A DNA stretch of 40,830 nt from Candidatus Dojkabacteria bacterium CG_4_10_14_0_2_um_filter_Dojkabacteria_WS6_41_15 (GCA_002793355.1 PFQB01000107.1:1-40830), one strand, 5' to 3'. Shown: positions 7,155 to 16,871, counted from the first letter of the stretch. The notes: generated by a model not told the origin, from the letters alone. Numbers and translations are program-made.

Positions 7155-9288
7155 AATCAAAAAGTGTTGCACCGGCTTCCTGCCAATCGACACGACATAA
7201 TGACTTATATACTTCGGTATTAAGAGGCTTTTTCTTCTCTTTTGCCCAAATTTCTTCTTGGTCACTAAATACAACGTACTTAACTTCATATTTTGCCAAC
7301 AATTCACTCACTTCCGTAAGGTCAGTCGAAGTATACATTTTCTCAATATCGGTCATTCGATCAGAAACCTTAATCAAGGTTAACTTCCCGGTATTCATCA
7401 GTTTTCCTTTTCCATCATACCCGTTGTACCACTGTACATTGTGAAGAGGCCACCCTGAAACAGCACTCATGCCCGAATACGCCGAAATTCTAGAATAGTA
7501 AGAATACGAATCGTACGTTACAATTTCGAGGATTTTCGCATAAGGTTTCGTAAGCAAATAGGAGACGAGATTGTAGTCAGTCCCGTGTAAATCTCTCATA
7601 TACGAATAGCCATTACTCAAGCGAGGGTCATTTATTCTCTGAAGCGTAAATCGCGAGAAATTCGGCGCAATATATTGATCGGTAGAAATAAAGGAGTAAG
7701 ACAACATTATCGCGACACATACTGCAAAGGCGCCATAAACTAAGAACAGCCACCTTGGAGGAATGGTATTCTTAATTATTTGCCAAAACACGCCTAAAAA
7801 GAAACCGATTGAGCCTAACGCAAACAAGGACCAAACATGATAATAAATTTTGAAAACAGTATTCGTTCGTGCATAGGATGGATTTAGCGTAGAAAAAATA
7901 TCTTTCGCATAAACAAATTCGACAGCAATAACAAGAAGTGCTCCAGTAATTATTAACACAATTGGAAGAAGTATCTGAGGTGAGAATACCGCCTTCATTC
8001 TTAACTTCTTCTCTACACGCTTCCATAAAAACTCATAAAGTATGGCTGCGACAACAGTAATTATCAGGAACTGGCCAAACAACAAAAATATTTCCCATAA
8101 CCCGCTAAACTGCTTGTTTAAGCCGACTCCACCTACTGGAGGCAGGTAATAGCTTCTAGAGGCAAGAAACTGTGGCAAGCTAAAAACCAAGACAGGAAGT
8201 CCTATAAACAAGGCAACTCGTTTGCCCCATTCCAGCATTTCTTTTGTAGAAACATGGTTAATTCGCCATAAATACCAAGCTGCTGAAACCACCAGAACTC
8301 CACCCAACAAAGCCAAGGTGAAAACGTCCCAGCTGTTTGTTAAGTATAAATAACCCAGCAGAATTCCTAGCAAAACACTCTTCGGAAACAGCCATTCAGG
8401 TTTCTCACCTTTAGTAGTGGCTGGAAATATCATGTCTATCAATAAAAACACCCCGAGCAAAAAAAACGGATACGACAAATAGTGTCCGTGAAGGTCACCT
8501 AATACGATTGAATAGGCAGGAAATTCATTTATCGTGTATGGAATAACGCGTGTTGCAGAGGCAAACCATTGATTAGCCTGAACGTGCTGCAATGTTTGGA
8601 CCAGCAAATACAGGTTACCACCAAACGTCATCAACACAGACACTAACAAGGCAGGTAAATCTGAAAAGCGCATGACTTTTACGACCAAATAGCCGGCTTG
8701 TACAATCCACACCCCGATAAGCGAAATCGCTAAATTGTACCCAACAGCAGTTGGGATTTGGAAAAGATATTGAAATAAGGCCAAAACAAAATGGCCGAAG
8801 TAATAATAATTCATGTAAAAGCCAGAAAACCATGGGTTTTCGATTGGAATATGATTTTGCTTCATCAACGCGTTTATGAGCGCAACATCCATCAATTTCT
8901 CCGTACCTAGAATATCTGTTTTATACGTTCTTATGTATACAAGGAACAGGTACACCACATATGACAATAATTCAACGCCCACAAACACGAGTAATTCACG
9001 CTTAGAAGGCAACTGAAGGCGACTTTTGAAAAGTAACGCAGCTATCGCAATTACCACGAGTAGAATTCCCAAAGCTACAGGAACCATGTTCGTCCAGCCA
9101 GAACCAGACATAAAAGACAAGTACCAGACAAGCAGCGAAAACACAGTTACGCCCAAAAACTTATAAAATATTAACGGATATCGCTTCGGAAAAAGAGCCG
9201 ACCCCAGAAAATATCCCAGTATTACAAAGGCTTCGGTTCCTAGAAAGTATATATGTATCATGTTACTATGTTGAAATAGAATGAGCAA
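7141..9288 (-). CDS. DUF2298 / chlor_Arch_YYY-domain polytopic membrane protein (GT-C-like)
   Basis: About 20 hydrophobic segments and the signature FSGFYMNYYYFGHF, with a C-terminal soluble domain. The start is either TTG 9288 or ATG 9261. Confidence 0.65.
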   Translation of the reverse strand: MLILFQHSNMIHIYFLGTEAFVILGYFLGSALFPKRYPLIFYKFLGVTVFSLLVWYLSFMSGSGWTNMVPVALGILLVVIAIAALLFKSRLQLPSKRELLVFVGVELLSYVVYLFLVYIRTYKTDILGTEKLMDVALINALMKQNHIPIENPWFSGFYMNYYYFGHFVLALFQYLFQIPTAVGYNLAISLIGVWIVQAGYLVVKVMRFSDLPALLVSVLMTFGGNLYLLVQTLQHVQANQWFASATRVIPYTINEFPAYSIVLGDLHGHYLSYPFFLLGVFLLIDMIFPATTKGEKPEWLFPKSVLLGILLGYLYLTNSWDVFTLALLGGVLVVSAAWYLWRINHVSTKEMLEWGKRVALFIGLPVLVFSLPQFLASRSYYLPPVGGVGLNKQFSGLWEIFLLFGQFLIITVVAAILYEFLWKRVEKKLRMKAVFSPQILLPIVLIITGALLVIAVEFVYAKDIFSTLNPSYARTNTVFKIYYHVWSLFALGSIGFFLGVFWQIIKNTIPPRWLFLVYGAFAVCVAIMLSYSFISTDQYIAPNFSRFTLQRINDPRLSNGYSYMRDLHGTDYNLVSYLLTKPYAKILEIVTYDSYSYYSRISAYSGMSAVSGWPLHNVQWYNGYDGKGKLMNTGKLTLIKVSDRMTDIEKMYTSTDLTEVSELLAKYEVKYVVFSDQEEIWAKEKKKPLNTEVYKSLCRVDWQEAGATLFDCAKE

Positions 9289-10660
9289 TTATATACTAGA
9301 TTCACAAAGTGTCTTACTACGATTAGGACTGGCGCTATTCATAGGTCTTTTGATAGGCGTAGATCGAGACGAAAGTTGGCAAAAGCAATCTGCAATTCAG
9401 CACTCAAGATTTTCGTTCGTTCGCCCTGGTAAACAGGCGGTTGGGTTAGGCGGTGTAAGAACATATACGGTACTGGCTTTATTGGGCACGCTATTGGGCA
9501 CTTTGTACTTGGTTAACACACAAACACTTCCCATAGTTATTGTTGGGTTTATCGGCGTTACGGCATATATTAGCATTGCATATTTTCTAAACTTTTTTGA
9601 CCGACACACCTTAGGATTAACCACAGAATTAGGTATGCTGCTATTGTTTGCACTCACTTTTGCATTAGGTGCAAATCTGCTTGACTACAAATTAGTACTG
9701 GGCATAGCGGTCATAGTGTCATTAATCTCTAACTTAAAAGTTGAGTTTAGAAAACTAATCGGCTCGTTTACCCAAAAAGAAATACTCGAAAGTGTCGAAT
9801 TTGTTGCGATTTCTGCAGTCGTATTGCCTTGGTTGCCAAACGTTACGATCACAATAGGACAAGTGCTTTCACTTCTCAATCTGAGTGCGGGACCGTTCGC
9901 TGCGATTGCGCTGATAAACCCCTTCCAGTTTTGGACTGTCATTGTATTTATCAGCGCCTTAAACTTTGTTGGATATTTCCTTTCAAAATTAACACAATCT
10001 TCGTCGAGTATTCTACTAACTGCATTTCTTGGAGGTATTGTATCCAGCACCTCAGTAACACATTTCTTGGCAGCAAGAAGCAAGGTCGCAAAGACTGCTT
10101 CCAACAGTAAATTGCTGGTCGCTGCAGTGTTACTTACAAATATGACCAGCTTCATTCGAATCCCCCTAATTGCCTTGGTACTAAATCCACAATTGTTTTA
10201 TCAGACTATTCCATGGTTCCTTGTATTAATTCTTCTCACAGTGGGCATTTCCCAATTTTTGAGAAGAGGAGCTTCTAAACACGAAGCACCCTTAGCCATA
10301 TTTACCTCCCCACTGGCAATTAAGCCGGCGGTGGCCTTTGGCTTATTGTTCTTGATTGTTTCACTTGCAACAAATATTGCGATCTACTGCTTCGGCAAAA
10401 TGGGGTTTGTCGTTACTGCACTGCTTGCATCCTTCTCAGGACTGGATGCAGTCTCGATTATTACAGCCAAAGCTATCCCCGATGTGATATCGTTAACCGT
10501 TGGAACAAGCGTCTTGTTAGGTGCTGTGATTACAAATTTGGTCTTTAAGCTTGGCATTGTCCGTATATATGGAGAGAAACGCTTTGCATTCCTTTCAACC
10601 GTCTGGTTAGGAGGAATTACCCTGGCTGCCGTCCTTCTACTTGGAATTGTGCTGTTATGA
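9281..10660 (+). CDS. MgtC/SapB family membrane protein with DUF4010 domain
   Basis: The N-terminal LRLGLALFIGLLIGVDRD motif (MgtC family) is followed by a polytopic C-terminal region. TGtTACTAT lies 11 nt upstream of the ATG. Confidence 0.65.
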   Translation: MSNYILDSQSVLLRLGLALFIGLLIGVDRDESWQKQSAIQHSRFSFVRPGKQAVGLGGVRTYTVLALLGTLLGTLYLVNTQTLPIVIVGFIGVTAYISIAYFLNFFDRHTLGLTTELGMLLLFALTFALGANLLDYKLVLGIAVIVSLISNLKVEFRKLIGSFTQKEILESVEFVAISAVVLPWLPNVTITIGQVLSLLNLSAGPFAAIALINPFQFWTVIVFISALNFVGYFLSKLTQSSSSILLTAFLGGIVSSTSVTHFLAARSKVAKTASNSKLLVAAVLLTNMTSFIRIPLIALVLNPQLFYQTIPWFLVLILLTVGISQFLRRGASKHEAPLAIFTSPLAIKPAVAFGLLFLIVSLATNIAIYCFGKMGFVVTALLASFSGLDAVSIITAKAIPDVISLTVGTSVLLGAVITNLVFKLGIVRIYGEKRFAFLSTVWLGGITLAAVLLLGIVLL

Positions 10661-11505
10661 TAGATGCACATTGCCACTTAAATGCGACTTATACTGCAGA
10701 AAGCGTTGGCAATATTATTGATAAGTTTGTGGCCTCTCAAGGTGAAAGAATAGTAGATGTTACTACGAGTAGCGAGGATTTTTTAGTATCTCAACGAATT
10801 ATCAGTCAATATCCGGATTTAGTATTTTCAACTGTAGGTTTTCATCCAGAAAGTCCAGATGGAGTGGCTGAAGCCTTCGAAAAACTTATTGTCGGGTTTA
10901 CTGAACTTTCATCAACGTTGCCGAATGCAAGAAACATCGTCGGTATTGGCGAGACTGGGATTGACTACAGCTTTTTCGCTAATTTCCCCTCAACACATGT
11001 ACAAGTGCTAGAACAGCAGCGCGAACTATTCGTTAAACATATTGCATTAGCAAAACAATTTCAGTTGCCTCTCGTTATACACGCCAGAGGAAGACATCTG
11101 TTGGATTATTCCGCATATTCAGAAATACTATCCATATTGCTTCAAGAAAGATTTCAATTTTCGGTATATTTCCACAGTTTTGGTGGAGATTATCAACTTG
11201 CAAAAAAAATAGTTGATGCTGGTTATTTCATCGGAGTCAATGGCATTGTAACGTACTCAAACGCCAAAGCAATTGCAGAAGTTGCGACAAAAATTCCTAG
11301 TGAGTTTCTGGTCCTGGAAACAGATTCTCCGTTTTTAATTCCAAGTAATTTGGAGAGAAAATTACTTGAGAATCCTAAGATAAATGAACCAATAGGCGTC
11401 TTGTACACAGCTAAGCGAGTCGCCACGCTTCGTCAAATTCAACTGGAAGAAGTACTGCAACGTGCCACCAATGCAACAAAGAAGTTGTTTGCAAAAATGC
11501 TGTAA
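10657..11505 (+). CDS. TatD family metal-dependent hydrolase/DNase
   Basis: Contains MIDAHCHLN, GETGIDY, VIHARG, YFHSFGG and LETDSPFL motifs. It overlaps the preceding gene by 4 nt (ATGA). Confidence 0.85.
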   Translation: MIDAHCHLNATYTAESVGNIIDKFVASQGERIVDVTTSSEDFLVSQRIISQYPDLVFSTVGFHPESPDGVAEAFEKLIVGFTELSSTLPNARNIVGIGETGIDYSFFANFPSTHVQVLEQQRELFVKHIALAKQFQLPLVIHARGRHLLDYSAYSEILSILLQERFQFSVYFHSFGGDYQLAKKIVDAGYFIGVNGIVTYSNAKAIAEVATKIPSEFLVLETDSPFLIPSNLERKLLENPKINEPIGVLYTAKRVATLRQIQLEEVLQRATNATKKLFAKML

Positions 11506-11516
11506 GAATTGCCAAC

Positions 11517-11522
11517 TATACT
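11517..11522 (+). promoter_or_regulatory. -10 box TATACT, 6 nt upstream of the ATG at 11529
   Basis: The sequence reads aacTATACTtattgcATG. Confidence 0.35.
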
Positions 11523-11528
11523 TATTGC

Positions 11529-12284
11529 ATGATTACAGCAATTCAGGGAATAAGCACAGACAAAACACCATTTATCTCGACTATACTCGCTCCCCAACTT
11601 CGGGCAAGAAATATGCCCTTGTATTTTGTTGCTTCAATCTCAGAAGTACCGTTAATTCAGGCATCGTATACACTCCTCGACGGTGAAATCGTATTGCAAC
11701 AACCTTTAGAAATTAAGAAACAATTATGTGCCTACATTGCCGAACAATCAGTGAGTATGGCTTTAATAATGGGAAAATCCCATCAGCAAAAGCTCGCGCT
11801 ACTAGAGTTGGGGTTTTCCCATTGCCTCGAACTACCTGTTGCTACAGAAGTAATTATAAGGACCATTGAAAATAGCCTTAAGCCCCACCGTACAACTCAC
11901 TTACAACTAAGAGAAAAAGCTACAAATTACAATACCAATGCCCAACTCTCCTACTTACACGACAAGCACGGCAGATACTTCCTAACAAATCACACAAAAA
12001 GCATATACTTAAGTATTAATGAGCAGAAAGTTTTAGAATATTTACTCCAAAGAGAAGGGTTTGCAAGCAAGAACGAGCTATCCTACGCGGGCTGGCACAA
12101 TTTCGACACACGCGCGAACACAATTACCGTTACAGTAAAAAAATTGCGGAAAAAACTATTCACGCTGCGGTTGCCCTACACAATCAGAACACTTTACGGC
12201 TATGGTTACTCCTTGAAAAAAAGCGGCATGATTGATTCAATCGACGCAAACACTACTTATTACGATGCTTTGGTGTCACCATAA
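11529..12284 (+). CDS. OmpR/PhoB-type winged-helix DNA-binding protein with degenerate receiver-like N-terminus
   Basis: The C-terminus reads LSINEQKVLEYLLQREGFASKNEL....TITVTVKKLRKKL....IRTLYGYGYSL, matching the trans_reg_C pattern. The N-terminus lacks the acidic DD pair of receiver domains. Confidence 0.6.
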   Translation: MITAIQGISTDKTPFISTILAPQLRARNMPLYFVASISEVPLIQASYTLLDGEIVLQQPLEIKKQLCAYIAEQSVSMALIMGKSHQQKLALLELGFSHCLELPVATEVIIRTIENSLKPHRTTHLQLREKATNYNTNAQLSYLHDKHGRYFLTNHTKSIYLSINEQKVLEYLLQREGFASKNELSYAGWHNFDTRANTITVTVKKLRKKLFTLRLPYTIRTLYGYGYSLKKSGMIDSIDANTTYYDALVSP

Positions 12285-13794
12285 ACGTCATAGACAGTCC
12301 CAGCATCATTTCTATTTGCGCTTGCAGGTAGGGGAAAAAACCTAATGTTAACGAGAACAATATTAACATTATTTGTTCAAAATAATGCCACAGAAAGAAT
12401 ACCAGACCTTTCTTTTTTGGAGGTGGGCCATACAATGCCTCAAGTACAGATCTGGAAGGAAGTAACCCCAACAACGAGATAGTCATAAGAGTACTGACAA
12501 TTTTCGGCAAGACGTGTGCAGAACTGGACAATCCAAAATCTGGGTTTAGAAACATAATCATAGGGATAGAGAAACTCAGCAAGAAAACCAAAGTCGAATA
12601 AAGATTATATACACGAAACATTTCGACCATACTCTGAACTTTTTTCTTAAACGAAATTTTTCGATTATTGGTAATGCCTTGAATAGTCATAGGATAAACA
12701 ATAGCACCCCAGCCCCAACGTCGCAGCTGCTTATACATTACAACATGAGATTTTGCATAGGTCTCTGCCAAAACTGCATCGTTATAACACGGAGCATAAA
12801 ACTCCTCGCCTTTAAAATGCCCATCCGTTGCTAAAACTGCACGCCAATAAAATCCGGTGTCGTCCACCCCAATTTGAGGGTCGAAATAATCAATTTCGTC
12901 AAGTAATTTAAGATTAAACCCATAACAAGAGAATGATTGTTTCTGTTTTTTTGCAACTACCCACTCACTTAATAGTGCCAACGTTAAGGCGCCAGAAAAT
13001 ACGCGGACCAAAAAGGGAACTTCCCAGTAGTTGTTCGAGTACAACATCACTGCAGGAGAAAAGAACGAATAATACCGATCAGCTGACATTAAATAGGTAT
13101 GTATGTAATTCGACAAGAATTTCGGGTGAATCAACATATCACTATCGTACTTAATAACCTGATAATTTGAGATGTCTTCACCTCTGGCACGCACGTCTTT
13201 GACATATTCTCGGGTAGCCCAAGCCAAATTTGGGCCAGCGATGCCAAAAGCTTCTCCAGCAATATCAGCAGGGTGAATGTAATAGTTAACTTCTGCAAAG
13301 GTTTGGCTATAATCAGCCACCAGTCGATCACCAGTTTGTTTTGAGTATTCGCCACCACGTCCCTCGATCCCAACTAATATATGTATCTTTTTGAGATCAA
13401 AGGTCGACCTTTTTACCGACTCTATAGTGTCTTGGATAACCTCATATAGTTCTTTTGTATAGGGAATTAATACAACAATTTGAAGATCCTTAAATGATTT
13501 CGGAAGCTGTTCTGGATTTGGCAAATCTTTCCAGTCGAGCTTTTTGATCATGGAATCCCAGTCTAATTCAAGTGCCCTTTTGTAACGGCGAAAACCGATA
13601 ATATTGCCAAGACTAGTTACAGTTGTCTTGTACAACCAATAGACAGATAAAAAGGCAACATAATACAGAACAATCTTCGGACGACCAATCAAAGTCGCCC
13701 AAATCGGAGATAGCAACAATGCCAAGGTAATAAGACCAGGAATAACACGAACTATTTTAAAGAATGGTGAGTCGAAATTGTATACGTGTTTCAT
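12253..13794 (-). CDS. membrane-embedded processive family 2 glycosyltransferase (cellulose/chitin synthase-like)
   Basis: Has N- and C-terminal TM helices, VVLIPYTKE near the start of the GT-A fold, DSDMLI as the DxD-like motif, and the QxxRW signature YKQLRRWGWG. Confidence 0.7.
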   Translation of the reverse strand: MKHVYNFDSPFFKIVRVIPGLITLALLLSPIWATLIGRPKIVLYYVAFLSVYWLYKTTVTSLGNIIGFRRYKRALELDWDSMIKKLDWKDLPNPEQLPKSFKDLQIVVLIPYTKELYEVIQDTIESVKRSTFDLKKIHILVGIEGRGGEYSKQTGDRLVADYSQTFAEVNYYIHPADIAGEAFGIAGPNLAWATREYVKDVRARGEDISNYQVIKYDSDMLIHPKFLSNYIHTYLMSADRYYSFFSPAVMLYSNNYWEVPFLVRVFSGALTLALLSEWVVAKKQKQSFSCYGFNLKLLDEIDYFDPQIGVDDTGFYWRAVLATDGHFKGEEFYAPCYNDAVLAETYAKSHVVMYKQLRRWGWGAIVYPMTIQGITNNRKISFKKKVQSMVEMFRVYNLYSTLVFLLSFSIPMIMFLNPDFGLSSSAHVLPKIVSTLMTISLLGLLPSRSVLEALYGPPPKKKGLVFFLWHYFEQIMLILFSLTLGFFPYLQAQIEMMLGLSMTFMVTPKHRNK

Positions 13795-13828
13795 ACCGTT
13801 ATTGCTAAGCTTTCTGTATTATACCTCA

Positions 13829-13857
13829 TTGACAAGCCAGTTGAAATACCGTAACCT
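13829..13857 (+). promoter_or_regulatory. sigma70-like promoter 7 nt upstream of the ATG at 13865
   Basis: TTGACA (13829-13834), 17 nt spacer, TAACCT (13852-13857), then gatacgt, then ATG. Confidence 0.5.
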
Positions 13858-13864
13858 GATACGT

Positions 13865-16126
13865 ATGACACAGCCCTTGTTTTACAAAGACCTGTTTTCC
13901 GGTCAGCATTCCTATACGGAAAAAGAGCTTGGTCGAAAAGGACTTAGCTTGGCACAATTGGTTGCACAAAATATTCCCGTACCTCCATTCTTTATCCTAC
14001 CTCCGGAACTCTTCCGTTCAATTATTGCCTCGGTATTTAAAGATACCTCAATTACTTCACTGGAATCTTTTCGAGAGCATGTAAATACGCTAGTTCTGTC
14101 AAAAGAAACGATGCAGCAAATAGAGGCGGAATATGCAAAACTATCTGGTTTTGGTAAAGCTTGGGTGGCAGTACGTTCCTCTATTGTTGCACCAGAGCAC
14201 CCGACATCTTCATTTAGTGGACTTCTTGCTTCAAAACTGAACCTTCGAGGAACACGCGAAATCGAATTGGCAATCAGAGAAATTTTTCTTTCACTTTTCG
14301 CAGACCGCTCGTATGATTATCTAAAACGTAACTCGATCTCTTACGGCGATGTTAGCACCGCAATTATTGTGCAAAAAATGGTTCAGGCGGAAGTGTCGGG
14401 AATTATGTACACCTACGATCCAATTACAAACAATGGTAAACACGTTTCAATTGAAGCCGTTTTCGGATTAGGCGATGTATTAACCGAAGGCAACATTAAT
14501 CCAGATATTTACACCGTTTCTAAAACTACACTTGAGATTATCGAAAAGAAGATTGTTCCGCAAGAATGGATGAAGGTTCGCAAAATGGGCGAGAAAGACA
14601 CCCTAGAACATTTGCAGAAAATTACGATTTCGCAAATGTGGCAGTATTCGCAAAAACTTGATGATTCCTTAGTGCGAGAGCTAACCGCTTTGGCAGACAA
14701 AATCGAACAAGCGACTGGAACACCGCAGATTATTGAGTGGGCAATGGAGCGAGGATCCTTATACGTTTTGCAAGCCAAGCCAATGGAACTTGATAACACA
14801 GCAGCTATGCCAAAAATTCACGATGCTGCAAGAAAAATTAGCTCACTGAAAGATATTGATGAGTTTTCCGAATTATCGAATACGACAGAAATATCGTTTA
14901 GTCATGAAGCACCAATGGTAGATTCTCCCAAAATGCCACAAGAAACATTGCTTTTTACAGGAACGCCCGCAAGTTCTGGCGTTGCCTACGGAGAAACTAT
15001 TTTGTTGCCTAATGCATCTTCAATGACCCCAGAAATGTTAACCTCCCTCAAAGAAACTACAACAAAGAAGCATATTTTGGTCACTGACGAGTTTACCTCA
15101 GAGCTAGAACCTCTTTTCTATCTAGCGGGTGGAGTAATTACCAACTTTGGTGGTGCTAATAGCGATGTCGGCTTAGTTACCAGAGAAACAAAAATTCCTG
15201 CAATTGTTGGCACCCGTATAGCAACAAGCTACCTGCAATCGGGAGCTTTAATAAAGATGGATGGATCTTCGGGGGCAATATACCGCGTTGATTTTTTGCC
15301 CGAGGAATTTCCTGCAACAACAGAAAAGACGGTAACGTTGCATAAAAAGAAAAAACTTAAGAAAAAAATAAACACTGCCGTTTCTCCAATTCTTGAACCA
15401 CCTGCACAGGTACCGATACTTGAAGCCCTTGCAGGAAAACAAACCATAGAAAAAACGCCAGTACAGAAGAAATCGGTTCACGACTCGCCTATCAAGATTT
15501 TCTTAACCGGTAGCACAGTATCAGAAGCAGTATTCCTGCCCTCGAAACATGCAGCAATTTCTTCAAACGCTACAACGTTTATGATTCCAGTTTCGAATGC
15601 CGCAGTTTCTGAACGAGCGTTCATTAAAAAGGTAAAGAAGGAATCAACTGCAACCATTTATTTGCTTTTATCCGATTCTCCCTCGTTAGATGCGCTGCTT
15701 AGTGCAAAACGAACGTTGGCAGCGCACAGCATTAGACGATCCAAACGAGTCCCGTACATTGTCAACGTCGGTTCAATGTATGGTCTTCTTAACAGTAAGA
15801 ATCTTATTGATCTAAGCATTGACGGCTTACTTTTTGATTTACCCAAACTTTCTCGAGTGTACAGACCGGGTACCACCTCCATCGATGCAGAGCTTTGGAA
15901 GCTACTGCGAGAAACCTTACGGTCAGTAAAGAAACAGAAGCTTTCTTATATTGGTCTTTCCCTACCTAAAGAGTTCTTCACTTTACCGCTGCGCAAAGAA
16001 ATCCGCGAACTATTAAAGGAAGGGATTACGTCATTAGTTTTTGCTGAACCCGTAACAAGTGCAACAGAGCACGATATGCAGAAGATTGAGGAAGAGATTA
16101 TGGGGGTGCAATTAGAAAAAGTTTGA
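13865..16126 (+). CDS. PEP synthase / pyruvate phosphate dikinase-like protein with a substituted phospho-histidine
   Basis: The PPDK_N pattern is present: GRKGLSLAQL..IPVPPFF, VAVRSS, SFSG, IIVQKMV..EVSGIMYTYDP, IIEWA...LYVLQAKP. The swivel domain reads HILVTDEFTSELEP...GGVITNFGGANSDVGLVTRETKIPAIVG, where the canonical form is GG.TSHAAI.ARE.GIPAVVG. The C-terminal third is degenerate. I preferred the ATG at 13865 over the longest-ORF start at 13778, which overlaps the divergent gene. Confidence 0.75.
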   Translation: MTQPLFYKDLFSGQHSYTEKELGRKGLSLAQLVAQNIPVPPFFILPPELFRSIIASVFKDTSITSLESFREHVNTLVLSKETMQQIEAEYAKLSGFGKAWVAVRSSIVAPEHPTSSFSGLLASKLNLRGTREIELAIREIFLSLFADRSYDYLKRNSISYGDVSTAIIVQKMVQAEVSGIMYTYDPITNNGKHVSIEAVFGLGDVLTEGNINPDIYTVSKTTLEIIEKKIVPQEWMKVRKMGEKDTLEHLQKITISQMWQYSQKLDDSLVRELTALADKIEQATGTPQIIEWAMERGSLYVLQAKPMELDNTAAMPKIHDAARKISSLKDIDEFSELSNTTEISFSHEAPMVDSPKMPQETLLFTGTPASSGVAYGETILLPNASSMTPEMLTSLKETTTKKHILVTDEFTSELEPLFYLAGGVITNFGGANSDVGLVTRETKIPAIVGTRIATSYLQSGALIKMDGSSGAIYRVDFLPEEFPATTEKTVTLHKKKKLKKKINTAVSPILEPPAQVPILEALAGKQTIEKTPVQKKSVHDSPIKIFLTGSTVSEAVFLPSKHAAISSNATTFMIPVSNAAVSERAFIKKVKKESTATIYLLLSDSPSLDALLSAKRTLAAHSIRRSKRVPYIVNVGSMYGLLNSKNLIDLSIDGLLFDLPKLSRVYRPGTTSIDAELWKLLRETLRSVKKQKLSYIGLSLPKEFFTLPLRKEIRELLKEGITSLVFAEPVTSATEHDMQKIEEEIMGVQLEKV

Positions 16127-16135
16127 GGAGAACTA

Positions 16136-16777
16136 CTACAATTCTCTTTTTGCGAGCTCGACCATTGTTCTTGCTGTTTCCATAGGAACATTGTTGCTTG
16201 TGCAATTAAACAATTGCCGTAATCCACCTGCCATCAGGTGAGCATTTACCGGCTGCGCCAAGGTTGCTCGATTTTCAAATTGAAATGTATGATGTACGGT
16301 CAAACATGCATAACCTTTACGATTTCCAAAGATGGCCTTCACTACTGTTGTTACTCTTCCTTTTTGGTGATGAAATCTTTCAACCATTTCTAACTGATTG
16401 CATTCATCAGGGGTTTCATCATCAGAATATGACACATACCTAATAATCTCTCCTGTTTTCGGAATCATAGCAATTTTAAACGTTAGTTCTCCATGCCCAA
16501 ACGGAATAGTAGTTCGAACACCTGGATAGGTTTCATCATCCTCTCTTCTATTGGCTAATCTACAGCTTACCCCACCGTTGGCGACGCGCCATCTTGCCTT
16601 ACTTAAAGGAGCGTGACTATCAAATTTATTTGCTAAACTAGCCGCAGCTCTTGCTGCTAATGCCGTATCTATAGTCACTCTATCGCCTGCGCTGCCGCGA
16701 ATAAAGATAAAATCCATATTTCTTCTTATCTCTTTTGCTGGTCCACTGTCCGCGGCCACTAATAGATTTGCTTCCAT
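16136..16777 (-). CDS. hypothetical protein (213 aa)
   Basis: A long ORF with no recognisable motif. It is convergent with the PEP-like gene (9-nt gap) and divergent from mutS. Confidence 0.55.
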   Translation of the reverse strand: MEANLLVAADSGPAKEIRRNMDFIFIRGSAGDRVTIDTALAARAAASLANKFDSHAPLSKARWRVANGGVSCRLANRREDDETYPGVRTTIPFGHGELTFKIAMIPKTGEIIRYVSYSDDETPDECNQLEMVERFHHQKGRVTTVVKAIFGNRKGYACLTVHHTFQFENRATLAQPVNAHLMAGGLRQLFNCTSNNVPMETARTMVELAKREL

Positions 16778-16856
16778 GATGTCAGTTTTGATTTATGTTA
16801 CGTATTATCCTATATTATAACCAGCCCTTCAAGTATCACTTGACTTCTCAATTTCG

Positions 16857-16865
16857 TGCTACAAT
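16857..16865 (+). promoter_or_regulatory. extended -10 promoter TGcTACAAT, 6 nt upstream of the mutS ATG
   Basis: The sequence reads gTGcTACAATtcccgtATG. TTGACT at 16840-16845 is only 14 nt away, so it is probably not used as a -35. Confidence 0.5.
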
Positions 16866-16871
16866 TCCCGT

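Noticed and set aside
9685-10155. Nested antisense ORFs longer than 100 aa inside well-supported genes (9685-10155, 18542-18856, 19950-20303, 35397-35831, 36788-37126, 38680-39117 and others)
   Set aside because: Each lies wholly within a motif-supported gene on the opposite strand and has low-complexity, shadow-frame composition.
13778-13864. The longest-ORF start (13778) of the PEP-like gene
   Set aside because: It would overlap the divergent GT2 gene start by 17 nt and add a hydrophobic, unconserved-looking 29 aa. The ATG at 13865 has a TTGACA, 17 nt, TAACCT promoter 7 nt upstream.
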